A DNA stretch of 64,000 bases from Planctomycetia bacterium (GCA_021413845.1 JAIOPP010000100.1:44165-108164), one strand, 5' to 3'. Positions 20,524-33,271 are shown, counted from the first letter of the stretch. Made by a program: numbers and translations. Notes: a model not told the origin generated them from the letters alone.

Positions 20524-20852
20524 AAATCACTATGCCCGAATTAAAGATCGGCTTACTTCCCGTTTGGGTTCCATGAGCTTCCTATGCGAGTAGCGATATT
20601 CGAGACAGCATGAAATAAGGACTCGAAGATTGGGGTAGTCATTCACGGTCGAAGCGGCGGCATGCTCACGCGGAGAAAATTTGCGCGCGCGTCGTAGGTA
20701 TCCCGAAGCGACGGAACCGCACATAATCAACCCGCTAACAATCCGCCGGCCCGCGCTGAATGGATCAAACTGCTGAGTTGATCAAGCGTGGCCACCGCTG
20801 CTCGTTCATCTGCCCCACCATCCGCCTCAATCACACTTGGGAGGACATGCCG

Positions 20853-22136
20853 ATGTCGCTCGATCGTCGCGAGTTTATGAATCGTTCTTTGGCTGCGGGC
20901 ATGGTCGCCGGATGCGCGACGTTTACCGGCTACGAAAAGAAAACGCGCGCCGCGAGTCCGAACGAGAAGATCGTGGTCGGTGTGATGGGGCTCGGCCGAG
21001 GCAAGCAACTCGTCGACACGTTCTCGCAGAGTCCGAACGCGATCGTCGAGTACGTTTGCGATGTCGATTCGCGCCGCTTGCCGGCCGCCGCCAGCTTGGT
21101 GACGAAGAACGGCGGCAATACGCCGCAACAGATCGGCGACTTCCGCAAGATTCTCGACGATAAGAAAGTCGACGCACTCGTCATCGCGGCTCCCGACCAT
21201 TGGCACGCTCCCACCACGATCTTGGCTTGCAATGCCGGGAAGCATGTCTACTGCGTAAAGCCGGCGAGCCACAACGCACAAGAAGGGGAATGGATGGTGC
21301 AAACGGCGCGGAAGCAAAACCGCGTCGTGCAACTCGGGACGCAGCGCCGCAGCATGCCGTCGTATATCGAAGGGATCAAGCGACTGAAGGCCGGGGCGAT
21401 CGGCAAGCCGCTCTTGGCGCGATCGTTCTATTTCAATCCTCGCCCGAGCATTAAGAAGGGGGCCGATGCCGCGGTGCCCGAGTGGTTGAACTACGACTTG
21501 TGGCAAGGCCCGGCGCCGGAGCGCGGTTATCGCGACAACGTCGTTCATTACAACTGGCACTGGCTCTGGCATTGGGGAACGGCCGAGCTCGGCAACAACG
21601 GCATTCACATGATCGACATTTGCCGCTGGGGCCTGGGGGTCGACTATGCGCAGCACATCACGACCGGCGGCGGCCGCTATCGCTACGACGATGATCAGCA
21701 AACGCCCGACACGAGCATCACGACGTTCGATTTCGGCGGCCAATCGATCTGTTGGGAAGGGCGCAGCTTCTACAAACCGATCGATAACGAGATCAAATAC
21801 GAAGCGGCGTTCTTCGGCGAAAACGGCTCGATGACGTTCGATCAGACGAAGTACAAAGTCTACGATGCCGACGGCAAGGTGATCGAAGAAGAGAAGTTCA
21901 CCGGGGGCGACGCACCGCACATCGAGAATTTTCTCGCTTGCGTGCGCGACGGTAAACGCCCGAACGCCGACATCGAAGAAGGGCACAAGAGCACGCTCTT
22001 ATGCCATCTCGGCAACATGGCCTACCGCACCGGCCAAGCGATCACGCCCGACCCGACGACGCATAAGCCGAACAACGCCGATGCGCAAAAAATGTGGGGC
22101 CGAGAGTATCGCGCCGGGTGGGAACCGAAGGTGTAG
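20853..22136 (+). CDS. Tat-exported Gfo/Idh/MocA oxidoreductase
   Basis: DRREF twin-arginine signal, GLGRG, APDHWH, AGKHVYCVKP, GTQRRS; GGAGGA RBS. Confidence 0.92.
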   Translation: MSLDRREFMNRSLAAGMVAGCATFTGYEKKTRAASPNEKIVVGVMGLGRGKQLVDTFSQSPNAIVEYVCDVDSRRLPAAASLVTKNGGNTPQQIGDFRKILDDKKVDALVIAAPDHWHAPTTILACNAGKHVYCVKPASHNAQEGEWMVQTARKQNRVVQLGTQRRSMPSYIEGIKRLKAGAIGKPLLARSFYFNPRPSIKKGADAAVPEWLNYDLWQGPAPERGYRDNVVHYNWHWLWHWGTAELGNNGIHMIDICRWGLGVDYAQHITTGGGRYRYDDDQQTPDTSITTFDFGGQSICWEGRSFYKPIDNEIKYEAAFFGENGSMTFDQTKYKVYDADGKVIEEEKFTGGDAPHIENFLACVRDGKRPNADIEEGHKSTLLCHLGNMAYRTGQAITPDPTTHKPNNADAQKMWGREYRAGWEPKV

Positions 22137-22151
22137 TGAAGTTTACTATCG

Positions 22152-24538
<2,387 letters not shown>

Positions 24539-24542
<4 letters not shown>

Positions 24543-25111
24543 GTCGCTTCCTCCGCCAGTTCCTTGCGGAGCCACGCGCGGATCATCGTCCATTCCGATT
24601 CGACGGTTCGCTTGGAAACTTTCAGCACCGTCGCCACTTCCTCGACGGTCAGACCGCCGAAGAACCGCAACTCGACGATCTTCGCTTGCCGCGCGTCGAT
24701 GACCGCCAGTTTCTCCAGCGCATCCTCGACCCTGAGCACATCTTCATCATGGCTGATCACCAAAGTGTCGGGATGCAGCGGCTCTCGCTTGCGGTCTCCG
24801 CCGCGCTTCCGCCGATTCTTCGCGCGCGCATGATCGACGAGCAATTGCCGCATGATTTTCGCCGCGGTCGCGAAGAAGTGAGCCCGCTGCTCGAAGTTGA
24901 CGTTCTCATGCTCGACGAGCGCGAGGTACGCCTTATGGACTAAGGCCGTCGGTTGCAGGGTATGGGCTCGGCGTTCGTGCCGAAACTGTCGGCGCGCCAT
25001 GTCGCGCAACTCGTCGTAGACGAGCGCGAACAACTGATCGGCGGCATGCGTGTCGCCCCGATTCAGTCGTTGCAGTGCTTGCGTGATTTCCGCTTTCGAT
25101 TCGTCGGCCAC
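24539..25111 (-). CDS. ECF sigma factor, kinase-associated planctomycete type (TIGR02999-like)
   Basis: LVYDELRDMA, HTLQPTALVH, RQLLVDHARAKNRRKRGG, VELRFFGGLTVEE; GAGGAG RBS before GTG 25111. Confidence 0.92.
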
Positions 25112-25388
25112 GCGCAATCTCCTCGGCTCAAGCGCTTACCCATCCAAGTTTTAGAATCAGCGAGTTGTCCCATCAAAGAGGCGCGATTAGATCGTCATTC
25201 TATTTAATTGTCGCGAATTCGGCTGGTTTTCCGCTCCCGACTGCGGGTTTCCCTCGTCGCCGACGCAGTGATTCATAGGGGGCAAGGAAATACGCCCCGA
25301 ATTGTAACACGGCAGTAGGGGGTGTACCTCCGGAATTGCGAATGCCGTGATGAACCTATTTGAGCCCTTTATTGCGAGTTGATTCGAT

Positions 25389-26060
25389 ATGCAATCTTTA
25401 CTCATTTGTCGAACCCACGGCTTAGACCGAGCTACGGCTGCCGAGGTGGTTGCCGTTGCCGAGAAAGCCGGGGTCTCCCACTTCGGATCATCCTTGGATT
25501 CGAGCGCCGAGTTCTTCGGCCCCGACTTCGACCCGCTTCAAGCCGGCTGTGTGGTGGCGCGCCTCGACGCCGATGCCAAGCAGCCGAGCGAGCTATTAGA
25601 CCGCCTCACGGAGCAACACTCGCCGCTGACGGTCGTTTATCTGCTTGAGAAACCTGTTACCAAGACGATCGTCGACGCCGTGCGAAAAGGGGCCGACGAT
25701 GTGCTCGATTGGCCCTCGGAACGGGAACGGCTCGCTGCTTCGATCGAACACGCCCTCGCGGCGTCAGTCGACAAGCAACGTCGCCTGAACGACGCGATGA
25801 ATGCCCAGCGTCGCTTGGCAGAACTTACTGCCGGTGAGCGCGACGTGCTCCAACTGATGCTCAGCGGAAAGGTCAATAAAAGCATTGCGAGCCGCTTAGG
25901 TATTGCTTTGCGCACGGTCGAGGCCCGGCGAAAGCGGGTTTTCACGAAGATGGGAACCCGGAGCTTGGCTGAAATCGCCGCGGTGCTGCACGTCGCGGGG
26001 CTGTTGTTTGCCTCGGGTATGGTGACACTGACGGGCATTCCTTCTCCGATGGCCCATTAG
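25389..26060 (+). CDS. FixJ/LuxR-family response regulator with degenerate receiver
   Basis: LTAGERDVLQLMLSGKVNKSIASRLGIALRTVEARR HTH; the receiver lacks the acidic pocket (GCVVARLD where FixJ-type proteins have GCxxxD). Confidence 0.85.
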   Translation: MQSLLICRTHGLDRATAAEVVAVAEKAGVSHFGSSLDSSAEFFGPDFDPLQAGCVVARLDADAKQPSELLDRLTEQHSPLTVVYLLEKPVTKTIVDAVRKGADDVLDWPSERERLAASIEHALAASVDKQRRLNDAMNAQRRLAELTAGERDVLQLMLSGKVNKSIASRLGIALRTVEARRKRVFTKMGTRSLAEIAAVLHVAGLLFASGMVTLTGIPSPMAH

Positions 26061-26107
26061 TTTCAGGTTTGGAAGCCTGTTTTCGCGATGTTTGATTTGC
26101 ACACGTA

Positions 26108-26143
26108 TTTGAGGCTGGAATTTTAAGTAATTCCAGCCTCAAA
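26108..26143. repeat. Perfect 15-bp inverted repeat (terminator or operator)
   Basis: TTTGAGGCTGGAATT-ttaagt-AATTCCAGCCTCAAA. Confidence 0.8.
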
Positions 26144-26852
26144 GCGTTTCCTAATCGGGACAAAACGGCTTGGGAAACCGCTTATATCGGTTAGGTTTTA
26201 TCGAACGGTAATTGCCTATTTTCCCACAAAAATCGTACTTTCTATTACTTCGTCGAAATATCCTCTCCCGCAATCCGGCCACATCTTATTACACTAGGAG
26301 AGAAGTGTGGCGGTAGAGCTTGCGCACGCCGTAGGGATTCTCATGGGTTCCACGTCGTACGCGGCCTTTTCGTCACGAATTGCGTATTCGGCAAACGGGC
26401 CCGAACTTACCAAGTCTTGATCCGTATTGGACGAAGAGGAGCAATGCTGGCGGCGCGCCTAGGCGATTGTCTTTTGAAAACAATCCAGTAACGCCGGCAG
26501 AATTCCGCCTGTGAGTCGCATAGGATTCTGGTCGTGACGGTCCCGCTGTTGTGCTTCCGAAACCGAATTGGTATCCGTACCCACGAAAGATTGACGCACC
26601 AAAATCAGCCTCAGCCGAGAGAGCCGGCAAGCCCGACCCGCCCGTAAGCCTCCCTGCGACCCGAGATCGAGCCGACTCCGTTCGGTTCATCCAGGTCGTC
26701 ACCCAACGATACCGAACCGCCGTCGAACCGTTTTCGCTTTCAAATTTCACGCTCCCAGACGAGTATTCCGGCCTGACACGTTAGAAGCCTTCCCCGCCGT
26801 TCACGACCGCGCAAGCTGCTTCGCAGGCCTTTCAAGATGAATTGGAATTAAC

Positions 26853-29726
26853 ATGGCCCTGTTCACCGACGAAGCGGAATCTCCCGCTTCCGACGAGTCG
26901 CAACACGATTTCAACAGCGCAAGCGCCGGCTTCGTCGAGGCGCTCTATGCGGATTACCTGAACGACCCGAATTCCGTTTCGCGTGATTGGCAACGGTTCT
27001 TCTCGCAGATCGCGCCGCATGAATGGCCGCAGCCGCAACTCGGCCCGTCGTTCGAGGTACGCAGCGTATTCAATCCGCCGTCCGACGACTCCGGCGCGCA
27101 TGGCGCTGCGTCCAACGGTGCCACGCTCGAGGGCCAGGTCACGGCCCGCCCCGGCGTCGATATGGCCGTGCTGCAAGACCGCGTCGACCAAATGGTTCGG
27201 GCCTTCCGCGTGCGCGGCCACATGGTCTCTACGCTCGATCCGCTCGGCCTGCCGCGCCCACCGCAACCCGAGCTCGAGCCCGAATACTACGGCTTTACCG
27301 AAAGCCAGCTCGATATGTCGCTGTCGACCCGCACGATCAAGGGGCCGAAAAAGCGGACGCTCCGCGAGATCGTCGGTTGCATGCGCAACACGTATTGCCG
27401 CCAGATCGGTGTGCAGTTCATGCACATCGATAACTATCGGGTCCGCCAGTGGTTGCAAGACCGCATGGAAGGGACCGAAAACCGCTTAGAGATGCACCGC
27501 AAAGAGCAGCTTCGGATTCTTACGAAACTCACCGATGCCGTAATCTTCGAAGATTTCCTTGCCAAGAGCTTTCTCGGAGCCAAGAGCTTTTCGCTCGAAG
27601 GAGCCGAAAGCCTCATTCCGCTATTGGATATGGCGATCGAACGTTCGGCCGAGCATGGGGTGCAAGAAGTCGTGCTCGGCATGGCGCATCGCGGCCGCTT
27701 GAACGTGTTGGCGAACATCATGGGCAAGAGCCCGCGCCGGATCTTCCGCGAATTCGCCGACGTCGATCCGGAACTCCACCTCGGCCAAGGAGATGTGAAG
27801 TACCACCTCGGTCATAGCGCCGATTGGATCACGAGCACCAACCGCAAGGTTCACTTATCGCTCTGCTTCAATCCGAGCCATCTCGAATTCGTCGGCCCGG
27901 TCGTGCAAGGTCGGCTCCGCGCGAAACAAGACCGCATCAACGACACGCAGCGCGAACGAGGTCTTGCGATCGTGATCCACGGCGACGCCGCATTCGCCGG
28001 CCAAGGGATCGTGCAGGAGATGCTCAACATGAGCGAACTTGCCCCGTACTCGATCGGCGGCACGCTCCACATCATCATCAACAACCAGATCGGCTTCACG
28101 ACTCCGCCGGAAGAGTCGCGCTCGTGTGCCTACTGCACCGACGTGGCGAAGATGCTTCAGAGCCCGTTGTTCCATGTCAACGGCGAAGATCCGGAAGCGG
28201 TGGCGCAGGTCGTGCAACTCGCGATCGACTTCCGTCGCGAGTTCAAACGCGACGTCGTGATCGATATGTATTGCTACCGTCGTCGCGGGCACAACGAAGC
28301 CGACGAGCCTTCGTTCACGCAACCGCTGTGGTACAAGACGATCGAGCGCACGAAGAACGTCCGCGAAGGGTATCTCGAATATTTACTCAAGATGGACGGT
28401 ATCTCGCGCGTCGAAGCCGATGCGATCGCGGCCCGACGTCGCGAGCAATTGGAAAAAGATCTGCTCGTCGCGCGCAGTCCGGAAAATAAGCCTCGCCGCG
28501 AACCGTGGACCGGTTCTTGGTCGGGCTATGCCGGCGGTGCGGAAACCACGGCCGATGAAGTGAACACCGGCGTCGCCAAGGAAAAGCTGGCGTCGTATTT
28601 GGAAAGCCTGGCGACGGTGCCGGCCGACTTTAACGTTCATCCGAAGCTGACCCGATTCTTGGAAGCGCGCCGCGAGATGGCGACCGGCGCGAAGCCGCTC
28701 GATTGGTCGGCTTGCGAAGCGCTCGCGCTGGCGACTCTTTCGATCGAAGGCTATCGCATTCGCATGACGGGCCAAGACTCGGAGCGCGGTACGTTCAGCC
28801 ATCGCCACTCCGTATTGCACGACTATGAGAACGGTCGTCGCTACATGGGGCTTGCGAACCTCTCCCCATCCCAATCGCCGATCGAGATCTGCAACAGCCC
28901 TCTCTCGGAAACCGGCGTGCTCGGATACGAATACGGCTATAGCCTGGATTGGCCGCATGGCCTCGTCATTTGGGAAGCGCAGTTCGGCGACTTCGTCAAC
29001 GGCGCGCAAGTCATCATCGACCAGTTCATCGTCAGCGCCGAAGACAAATGGCGCCGCTTGAGCGGTCTCGTCATGCTGCTGCCTCACGGCTTCGAAGGGC
29101 AAGGGCCCGAGCATTCCAGCGCTCGGCTCGAACGCTTCCTGCAGCAAGCGGCCGAAGACAACATGCAGATCTGCAACGCCACGACTCCGGCGCAGTATTT
29201 CCACCTGCTCCGCCGCCAAGGGCTGCGGAAGTGGCGCAAGCCGCTGATTATCATGTCGCCGAAGAGCTTGCTGCGCAACGCCAGCGCCTCTTCGACGCTG
29301 GAAGAATGTGAAACCGGTTCGTTTCAACGGATCATTCCGGACTCGAACCCGAACCGCGAAAAAGTCGATCGCGTCCTCCTCTGCTCCGGCAAGATCTACT
29401 ACGATCTGGAAGCGAAGCGGAAGGAGCTCGGCCGCGAAGACGTCGCGATTCTCCGCGTGGAGCAGCTTTATCCCTTGCCCACCGAAGCTCTGCGAACCGA
29501 GCTCGGGCGCTACCCGGATGCGGCCAATGTCTACTGGGTGCAAGAAGAACCGGAAAACATGGGGGCCTGGCGATTCATGCGGGTCCATTTCGGCGAAAAG
29601 CTTTTCAATCGGATGCGATTCAGCGGTATTTGCCGTGCCGCGTCGGGTAGCCCGGCGACCGGGTCGATGGGAAGCCACAAAATCGAACAGGCCGAGCTTC
29701 TAGCCCAAGCGTTCGACGGACGTTAA
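26853..29726 (+). CDS. sucA: 2-oxoglutarate dehydrogenase E1
   Basis: FSLEGAES, GMAHRGRLN, HGDAAFAGQG, YRRRGHNE, WEAQFGDF, GPEHSSAR. Confidence 0.97.
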   Translation: MALFTDEAESPASDESQHDFNSASAGFVEALYADYLNDPNSVSRDWQRFFSQIAPHEWPQPQLGPSFEVRSVFNPPSDDSGAHGAASNGATLEGQVTARPGVDMAVLQDRVDQMVRAFRVRGHMVSTLDPLGLPRPPQPELEPEYYGFTESQLDMSLSTRTIKGPKKRTLREIVGCMRNTYCRQIGVQFMHIDNYRVRQWLQDRMEGTENRLEMHRKEQLRILTKLTDAVIFEDFLAKSFLGAKSFSLEGAESLIPLLDMAIERSAEHGVQEVVLGMAHRGRLNVLANIMGKSPRRIFREFADVDPELHLGQGDVKYHLGHSADWITSTNRKVHLSLCFNPSHLEFVGPVVQGRLRAKQDRINDTQRERGLAIVIHGDAAFAGQGIVQEMLNMSELAPYSIGGTLHIIINNQIGFTTPPEESRSCAYCTDVAKMLQSPLFHVNGEDPEAVAQVVQLAIDFRREFKRDVVIDMYCYRRRGHNEADEPSFTQPLWYKTIERTKNVREGYLEYLLKMDGISRVEADAIAARRREQLEKDLLVARSPENKPRREPWTGSWSGYAGGAETTADEVNTGVAKEKLASYLESLATVPADFNVHPKLTRFLEARREMATGAKPLDWSACEALALATLSIEGYRIRMTGQDSERGTFSHRHSVLHDYENGRRYMGLANLSPSQSPIEICNSPLSETGVLGYEYGYSLDWPHGLVIWEAQFGDFVNGAQVIIDQFIVSAEDKWRRLSGLVMLLPHGFEGQGPEHSSARLERFLQQAAEDNMQICNATTPAQYFHLLRRQGLRKWRKPLIIMSPKSLLRNASASSTLEECETGSFQRIIPDSNPNREKVDRVLLCSGKIYYDLEAKRKELGREDVAILRVEQLYPLPTEALRTELGRYPDAANVYWVQEEPENMGAWRFMRVHFGEKLFNRMRFSGICRAASGSPATGSMGSHKIEQAELLAQAFDGR

Positions 29727-29742
29727 AACCAAGTAAGTATCA

Positions 29743-29787
29743 GCGATCGGCGAGCGTTCGATAGCGAGCGCTCGCCTCGCTTTTTTT
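29743..29787 (+). terminator. Intrinsic-terminator-like hairpin between sucA and sucB
   Basis: GGCGAGCGTTCG-atag-CGAGCGCTCGCC stem, extended by GCGA/TCGC and followed by T7. Confidence 0.75.
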
Positions 29788-29874
29788 ACCTCGGCGATTT
29801 ACGATATCCGGTTCGGTTTCGCTTTCTCGCTTCCACAAATACATCTCGCTCACTCGCGGCATTTGAAATCTATC

Positions 29875-31143
29875 ATGGCTATCGAATTACGAGTTCCGTC
29901 GATCGGAGAATCGATCACCGAAGTCTTCATCGGCGAGTGGCGCAAACAAGAAGGTGCGCATGCCGCTTCGGGCGAAAACCTCGTCGAGCTCGAATCGGAC
30001 AAAGCGACCTTAGAACTTCCGGCTCCCGAAGCCGGCGTCGTCGCGAAGATCTTGAAGAAGAAAGGGGAGACGGCCGCGGTCGGCGAAGTGATCGGATACT
30101 TCGAGCCCGCCGCAGCCGGCGCCGCCAACGGCGAAGGCCCGAAGACCGATGGCGCCAAGCCTGCGGTTGCCGAAGCGCCGAGCGCCAAGCCGGCCGCTGC
30201 TTCTGTCGGCGGCCCCGGCGATGGTGCGCGAGTGATGCCTGCCGCCGCGCGTGAACTTGCCGAGCGAGGTTTACAAGCCACGGCTGTTGCTCCATCGGGC
30301 CCGGGCGGCCGACTGTTGAAGGAAGACGTCGTGCGACATGCCGAAGCGCCGCGCCCGGCGGCGCCGACCGCCGTAGCGACGAAACCCGTTCCGGCCCGTC
30401 CGGCGTCGTTGCCGATTCCGGTCGGTCTTTCCGGTTCGGCCACGCGGCAAGAAGAGGCGGTGCCGATGAGCCCGATCCGCCGGCGCATTGCGCAGCGATT
30501 AGTTGAAGCTCAGCAAAACGCCGCGCTGCTGACCACGTTCAACGAAGTCGACATGTCGGGCGTGATGAGCCTGCGATCCGACCACAAGGATATGTTTCAG
30601 CAGAAGCACGGCATCAAGCTCGGCTTCATGTCGTTCTTCGTCAAAGCGACGATCGATGCTTTGAAGATGGTGCCGCAAGTGAATGCCGAAATCCGCGGCA
30701 ACGACATCATCTACCATAACTACTACGACATCGGCATCGCGGTGAGCGGCGGCAAGGGCCTGGTCGTGCCGGTGCTGCGCAACGCCGAACGCATGAGCTT
30801 CGCCGAAGTCGAAGGCTCGATCGAGCACTTCGGTAAGTTGGCGCGCGACAACAAGCTGACCTTGGAGCAATTGCAAGGCGGGACGTTCACGATCTCGAAC
30901 GGCGGCGTGTTCGGCTCGCTGTTGTCGACGCCGATCGTCAACCCGCCGCAAAGCGGAATTCTCGGCCTGCATGCGATCCAAGAGCGTCCGATTGCCAAAG
31001 ACGGCCAAGTCATCATTCGCCCGATGATGTACATGGCCTTCACCTACGACCACCGGATCATCGACGGCCGTGAAGCGGTGACGTTCCTCCGCCGCATCAA
31101 GGAAACGATCGAGAATCCATCACGTATGCTGCTGGAAATCTAA
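29875..31143 (+). CDS. sucB: Dihydrolipoamide succinyltransferase E2
   Basis: Lipoyl [30 protein letters not shown]. Confidence 0.96.
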   Translation: MAIELRVPSIGESITEVFIGEWRKQEGAHAASGENLVELESDKATLELPAPEAGVVAKILKKKGETAAVGEVIGYFEPAAAGAANGEGPKTDGAKPAVAEAPSAKPAAASVGGPGDGARVMPAAARELAERGLQATAVAPSGPGGRLLKEDVVRHAEAPRPAAPTAVATKPVPARPASLPIPVGLSGSATRQEEAVPMSPIRRRIAQRLVEAQQNAALLTTFNEVDMSGVMSLRSDHKDMFQQKHGIKLGFMSFFVKATIDALKMVPQVNAEIRGNDIIYHNYYDIGIAVSGGKGLVVPVLRNAERMSFAEVEGSIEHFGKLARDNKLTLEQLQGGTFTISNGGVFGSLLSTPIVNPPQSGILGLHAIQERPIAKDGQVIIRPMMYMAFTYDHRIIDGREAVTFLRRIKETIENPSRMLLEI

Positions 31144-31148
31144 TTAAA

Positions 31149-31232
31149 GGCAAAAGTCAGAAGGCAAAATGCAAAACGGCTGAGATCGCTTGGCGAATCT
31201 CACGTTTTGCATTTTGCCTTTTGCATTCTGAG
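31149..31232. repeat. Heptamer-built inverted repeat element A
   Basis: GGCAAAA GTCAGAA GGCAAAA TGCAAAA ... TTTTGCA TTTTGCC TTTTGCA TTCTGAG, with inner stem TGAGAT/ATCTCA. Confidence 0.85.
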
Positions 31233-31240
31233 TTACATCT

Positions 31241-32620
31241 ATGAATCACGATCTCGTCGTTATCGGTGCCGGGCCCGGCGGTTATGTTGCGGCGATTCGC
31301 GCCGCGCAACTCGGCTTGAACGTAGCCTGCGTCGAAAAGGAAGCGGCGCTCGGCGGCGTTTGCTTGCGCATCGGTTGCATCCCGAGCAAGGCATTGCTGG
31401 AGTCGAGCCACCTCTATCACATGACGAAGCACGAACTGTCGCTGCACGGCATCAACGCCGAGGGTGCGACGTTCGACTTGGCCGCGATGCTCAAGCGCAA
31501 AGACAAGATCGTCTCGGAGTTGACCAAGGGGGTCGAGTTCCTCTTCAAGAAAAATAAGATCACCCGCTATCGCGGCACCGCGAAATTCGATGGACCGGGA
31601 CGCATCGTCGTCGAAGGCGAGAAACGGGAAGAGCTGACCGCGAAGAACGTCATCATCGCCTCCGGCAGCAAGCCTTTCATTCTGCCGGGCATCGAGATGG
31701 ACGGCGCGAACATCGGCACCAGCACCGAAGCCCTCTCGTACGATAAAGTTCCCGAGCATCTCGTGATCATCGGCGGCGGCGTCATCGGGCTCGAACTCGG
31801 CAGCGTCTGGAAGCGGCTCGGCGCGAAGGTCACGGTGCTGGAGTATCTCGATCGGCTCATGGCCGGCTTCGACACGGAACTCGCCGCCGACGCGAAAAAG
31901 ATCTTCGAAAAGCAAGGGCTCGAGGTCCGCTTGAAAACTCGCGTCACCGGCGCGAAGTTCGACGGCAAGCAATGCGTCGTCACATGCGACGGAGCGGAGC
32001 CGATCACCTGCGACAAAGTGCTCGTCTGCGTCGGTCGTGTGCCGTGGACCGATGAATTGAACCTCGCTTCGATCGGGCTCGAGCTCGACTCGAAGAAGCG
32101 CATCCCGGTCGACGCGCACTTGCGAACCAAAGTCGAAGGGGTGTATGCGATCGGCGATTGCATCGCCGGGCCGATGCTCGCACACAAAGCGGAAGAAGAA
32201 GGGGTCGCGGCGGCCGAGTTTATCGTGCGCGGTTACGGCCATGTGAACTACGATGCGATCCCCAGCGTCGTCTATACGGAGCCCGAGATCGCCTCGGTCG
32301 GGAAGTCGGAAGACGACCTCAAGGTCGCGGGCGTGGAATATAAGAAGGGGCAGTTTCCGTTCAGCATCAACGGCCGCGCGAAAGCCCTTGCTCAGACCGA
32401 CGGCTATGTGAAGATCCTCGCCGATGCGAAGACCGACCGGGTGCTCGGCATTCACATTCTCGGGCCGCGCGCCGGCGACCTCATTGCCGAAGCGGCGACG
32501 GCGATCGAATTCGGGGCGAGTGCGGAAGACATCGCACGCACGAGCCACGCCCATCCGACCTTAGCGGAAGTTATCAAGGAAGCGGCCTTCGCCGTCGACG
32601 GACGCGCGATTCACCGCTAG
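31241..32620 (+). CDS. lpdA: Dihydrolipoamide dehydrogenase E3
   Basis: GAGPGGY, GGVCLRIGCIPSK, GGGVIGLE, HAHPTLAE. Confidence 0.97.
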   Translation: MNHDLVVIGAGPGGYVAAIRAAQLGLNVACVEKEAALGGVCLRIGCIPSKALLESSHLYHMTKHELSLHGINAEGATFDLAAMLKRKDKIVSELTKGVEFLFKKNKITRYRGTAKFDGPGRIVVEGEKREELTAKNVIIASGSKPFILPGIEMDGANIGTSTEALSYDKVPEHLVIIGGGVIGLELGSVWKRLGAKVTVLEYLDRLMAGFDTELAADAKKIFEKQGLEVRLKTRVTGAKFDGKQCVVTCDGAEPITCDKVLVCVGRVPWTDELNLASIGLELDSKKRIPVDAHLRTKVEGVYAIGDCIAGPMLAHKAEEEGVAAAEFIVRGYGHVNYDAIPSVVYTEPEIASVGKSEDDLKVAGVEYKKGQFPFSINGRAKALAQTDGYVKILADAKTDRVLGIHILGPRAGDLIAEAATAIEFGASAEDIARTSHAHPTLAEVIKEAAFAVDGRAIHR

Positions 32621-32744
32621 GGCAGTGGTCGGTTGTCAGTGGTCAGTGGTCAGTTGAAAAAAGACAAAAGTCAGCAGACGACGATCGGAAGTCCGGGGTC
32701 GCGATGAAGTCGCAACTGACCACTGGCCACTGACAACCGACCAC
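32621..32744. repeat. Heptamer-built inverted repeat element B
   Basis: GGCAGTG GTCGGTT GTCAGTG GTCAGTG GTCAGTT; 32-nt arms 32625-32656 and 32713-32744 are complementary at 31 of 32 positions. Confidence 0.88.
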
Positions 32745-32749
32745 CTTCT

Positions 32750-33025
32750 TTACGCGGCCATCTTTCTCATTTGCGGAGCTGCGCGATCGTGTAGGCTCAC
32801 CGTGGCGAGCATCGCACCATCGGCGGCATAGAACTGCACCAACCCGATCTCGATCATCCACATCGCGAGCATGCCGCCGGCGCGATAGGAGCGACCCCGA
32901 TATTTGCCGTCGCGAATGAGAATCGTTTCGGCACACGCTTCGGCGTCTTGGGTCTGGGCGCCGAAATGGGTGAAGTGCTCGACGACTAGCTGCCGGATCA
33001 ACGTCGGCGTGGGAGTGGGAAGCAT
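32750..33025 (-). CDS. Small hypothetical protein
   Basis: ATG 33025 with AGGA upstream; globular-looking ETILIRDGKYRGRSYRAGGMLAMWMIEIGLVQFY. Confidence 0.65.
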   Translation of the reverse strand: MLPTPTPTLIRQLVVEHFTHFGAQTQDAEACAETILIRDGKYRGRSYRAGGMLAMWMIEIGLVQFYAADGAMLATVSLHDRAAPQMRKMAA

Positions 33026-33192
33026 TTGGCGACGTCCTGTCGTTTTGGGCCATCCTGGCACGGTCGAGCACCGCTGTCGTTGATTAGCATCGGGTGTTCG
33101 TCGCTAATTTCTTTGTGCGGTCGGTGTGCCCGGCTCAGGCGATACTTCCCTCCCAGATTCTCAGTAGATGGCGTACCTTCGCCGCTCGCTGG

Positions 33193-33220
33193 TTGACATT
33201 AGCGCGATTGAGCGTAAGAT
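33193..33220 (+). promoter_or_regulatory. sigma70-like promoter
   Basis: TTGACA-N16-TAAGAT upstream of the ORF at 33272. Confidence 0.6.
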
Positions 33221-33226
33221 AACGAT

Positions 33227-33246
33227 TAGTGTTCAATTGATCACTA
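33227..33246. promoter_or_regulatory. Operator palindrome (LexA-box-like)
   Basis: TAGTGTTCAATTGATCACTA; core TGTTC-AATT-GATCA, just downstream of the -10 element. Confidence 0.55.
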
Positions 33247-33271
33247 TCCTGTCTCCAGTGCGAGGTGTGGC

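Noticed and set aside
24543..24593. Kinase start at ATG 24593
   Set aside because: It would overlap the sigma gene by 55 nt; the coupled GTG at 24542 fits the conserved leader better.
26373..26784. ORFs 26373..26750(-) and 26551..26784(+)
   Set aside because: No RBS or recognisable motifs and atypical composition; treated as non-coding.
31149..32744. Heptamer repeats as a CRISPR array
   Set aside because: There are no unique spacers between 25-40-nt repeats and no cas genes.
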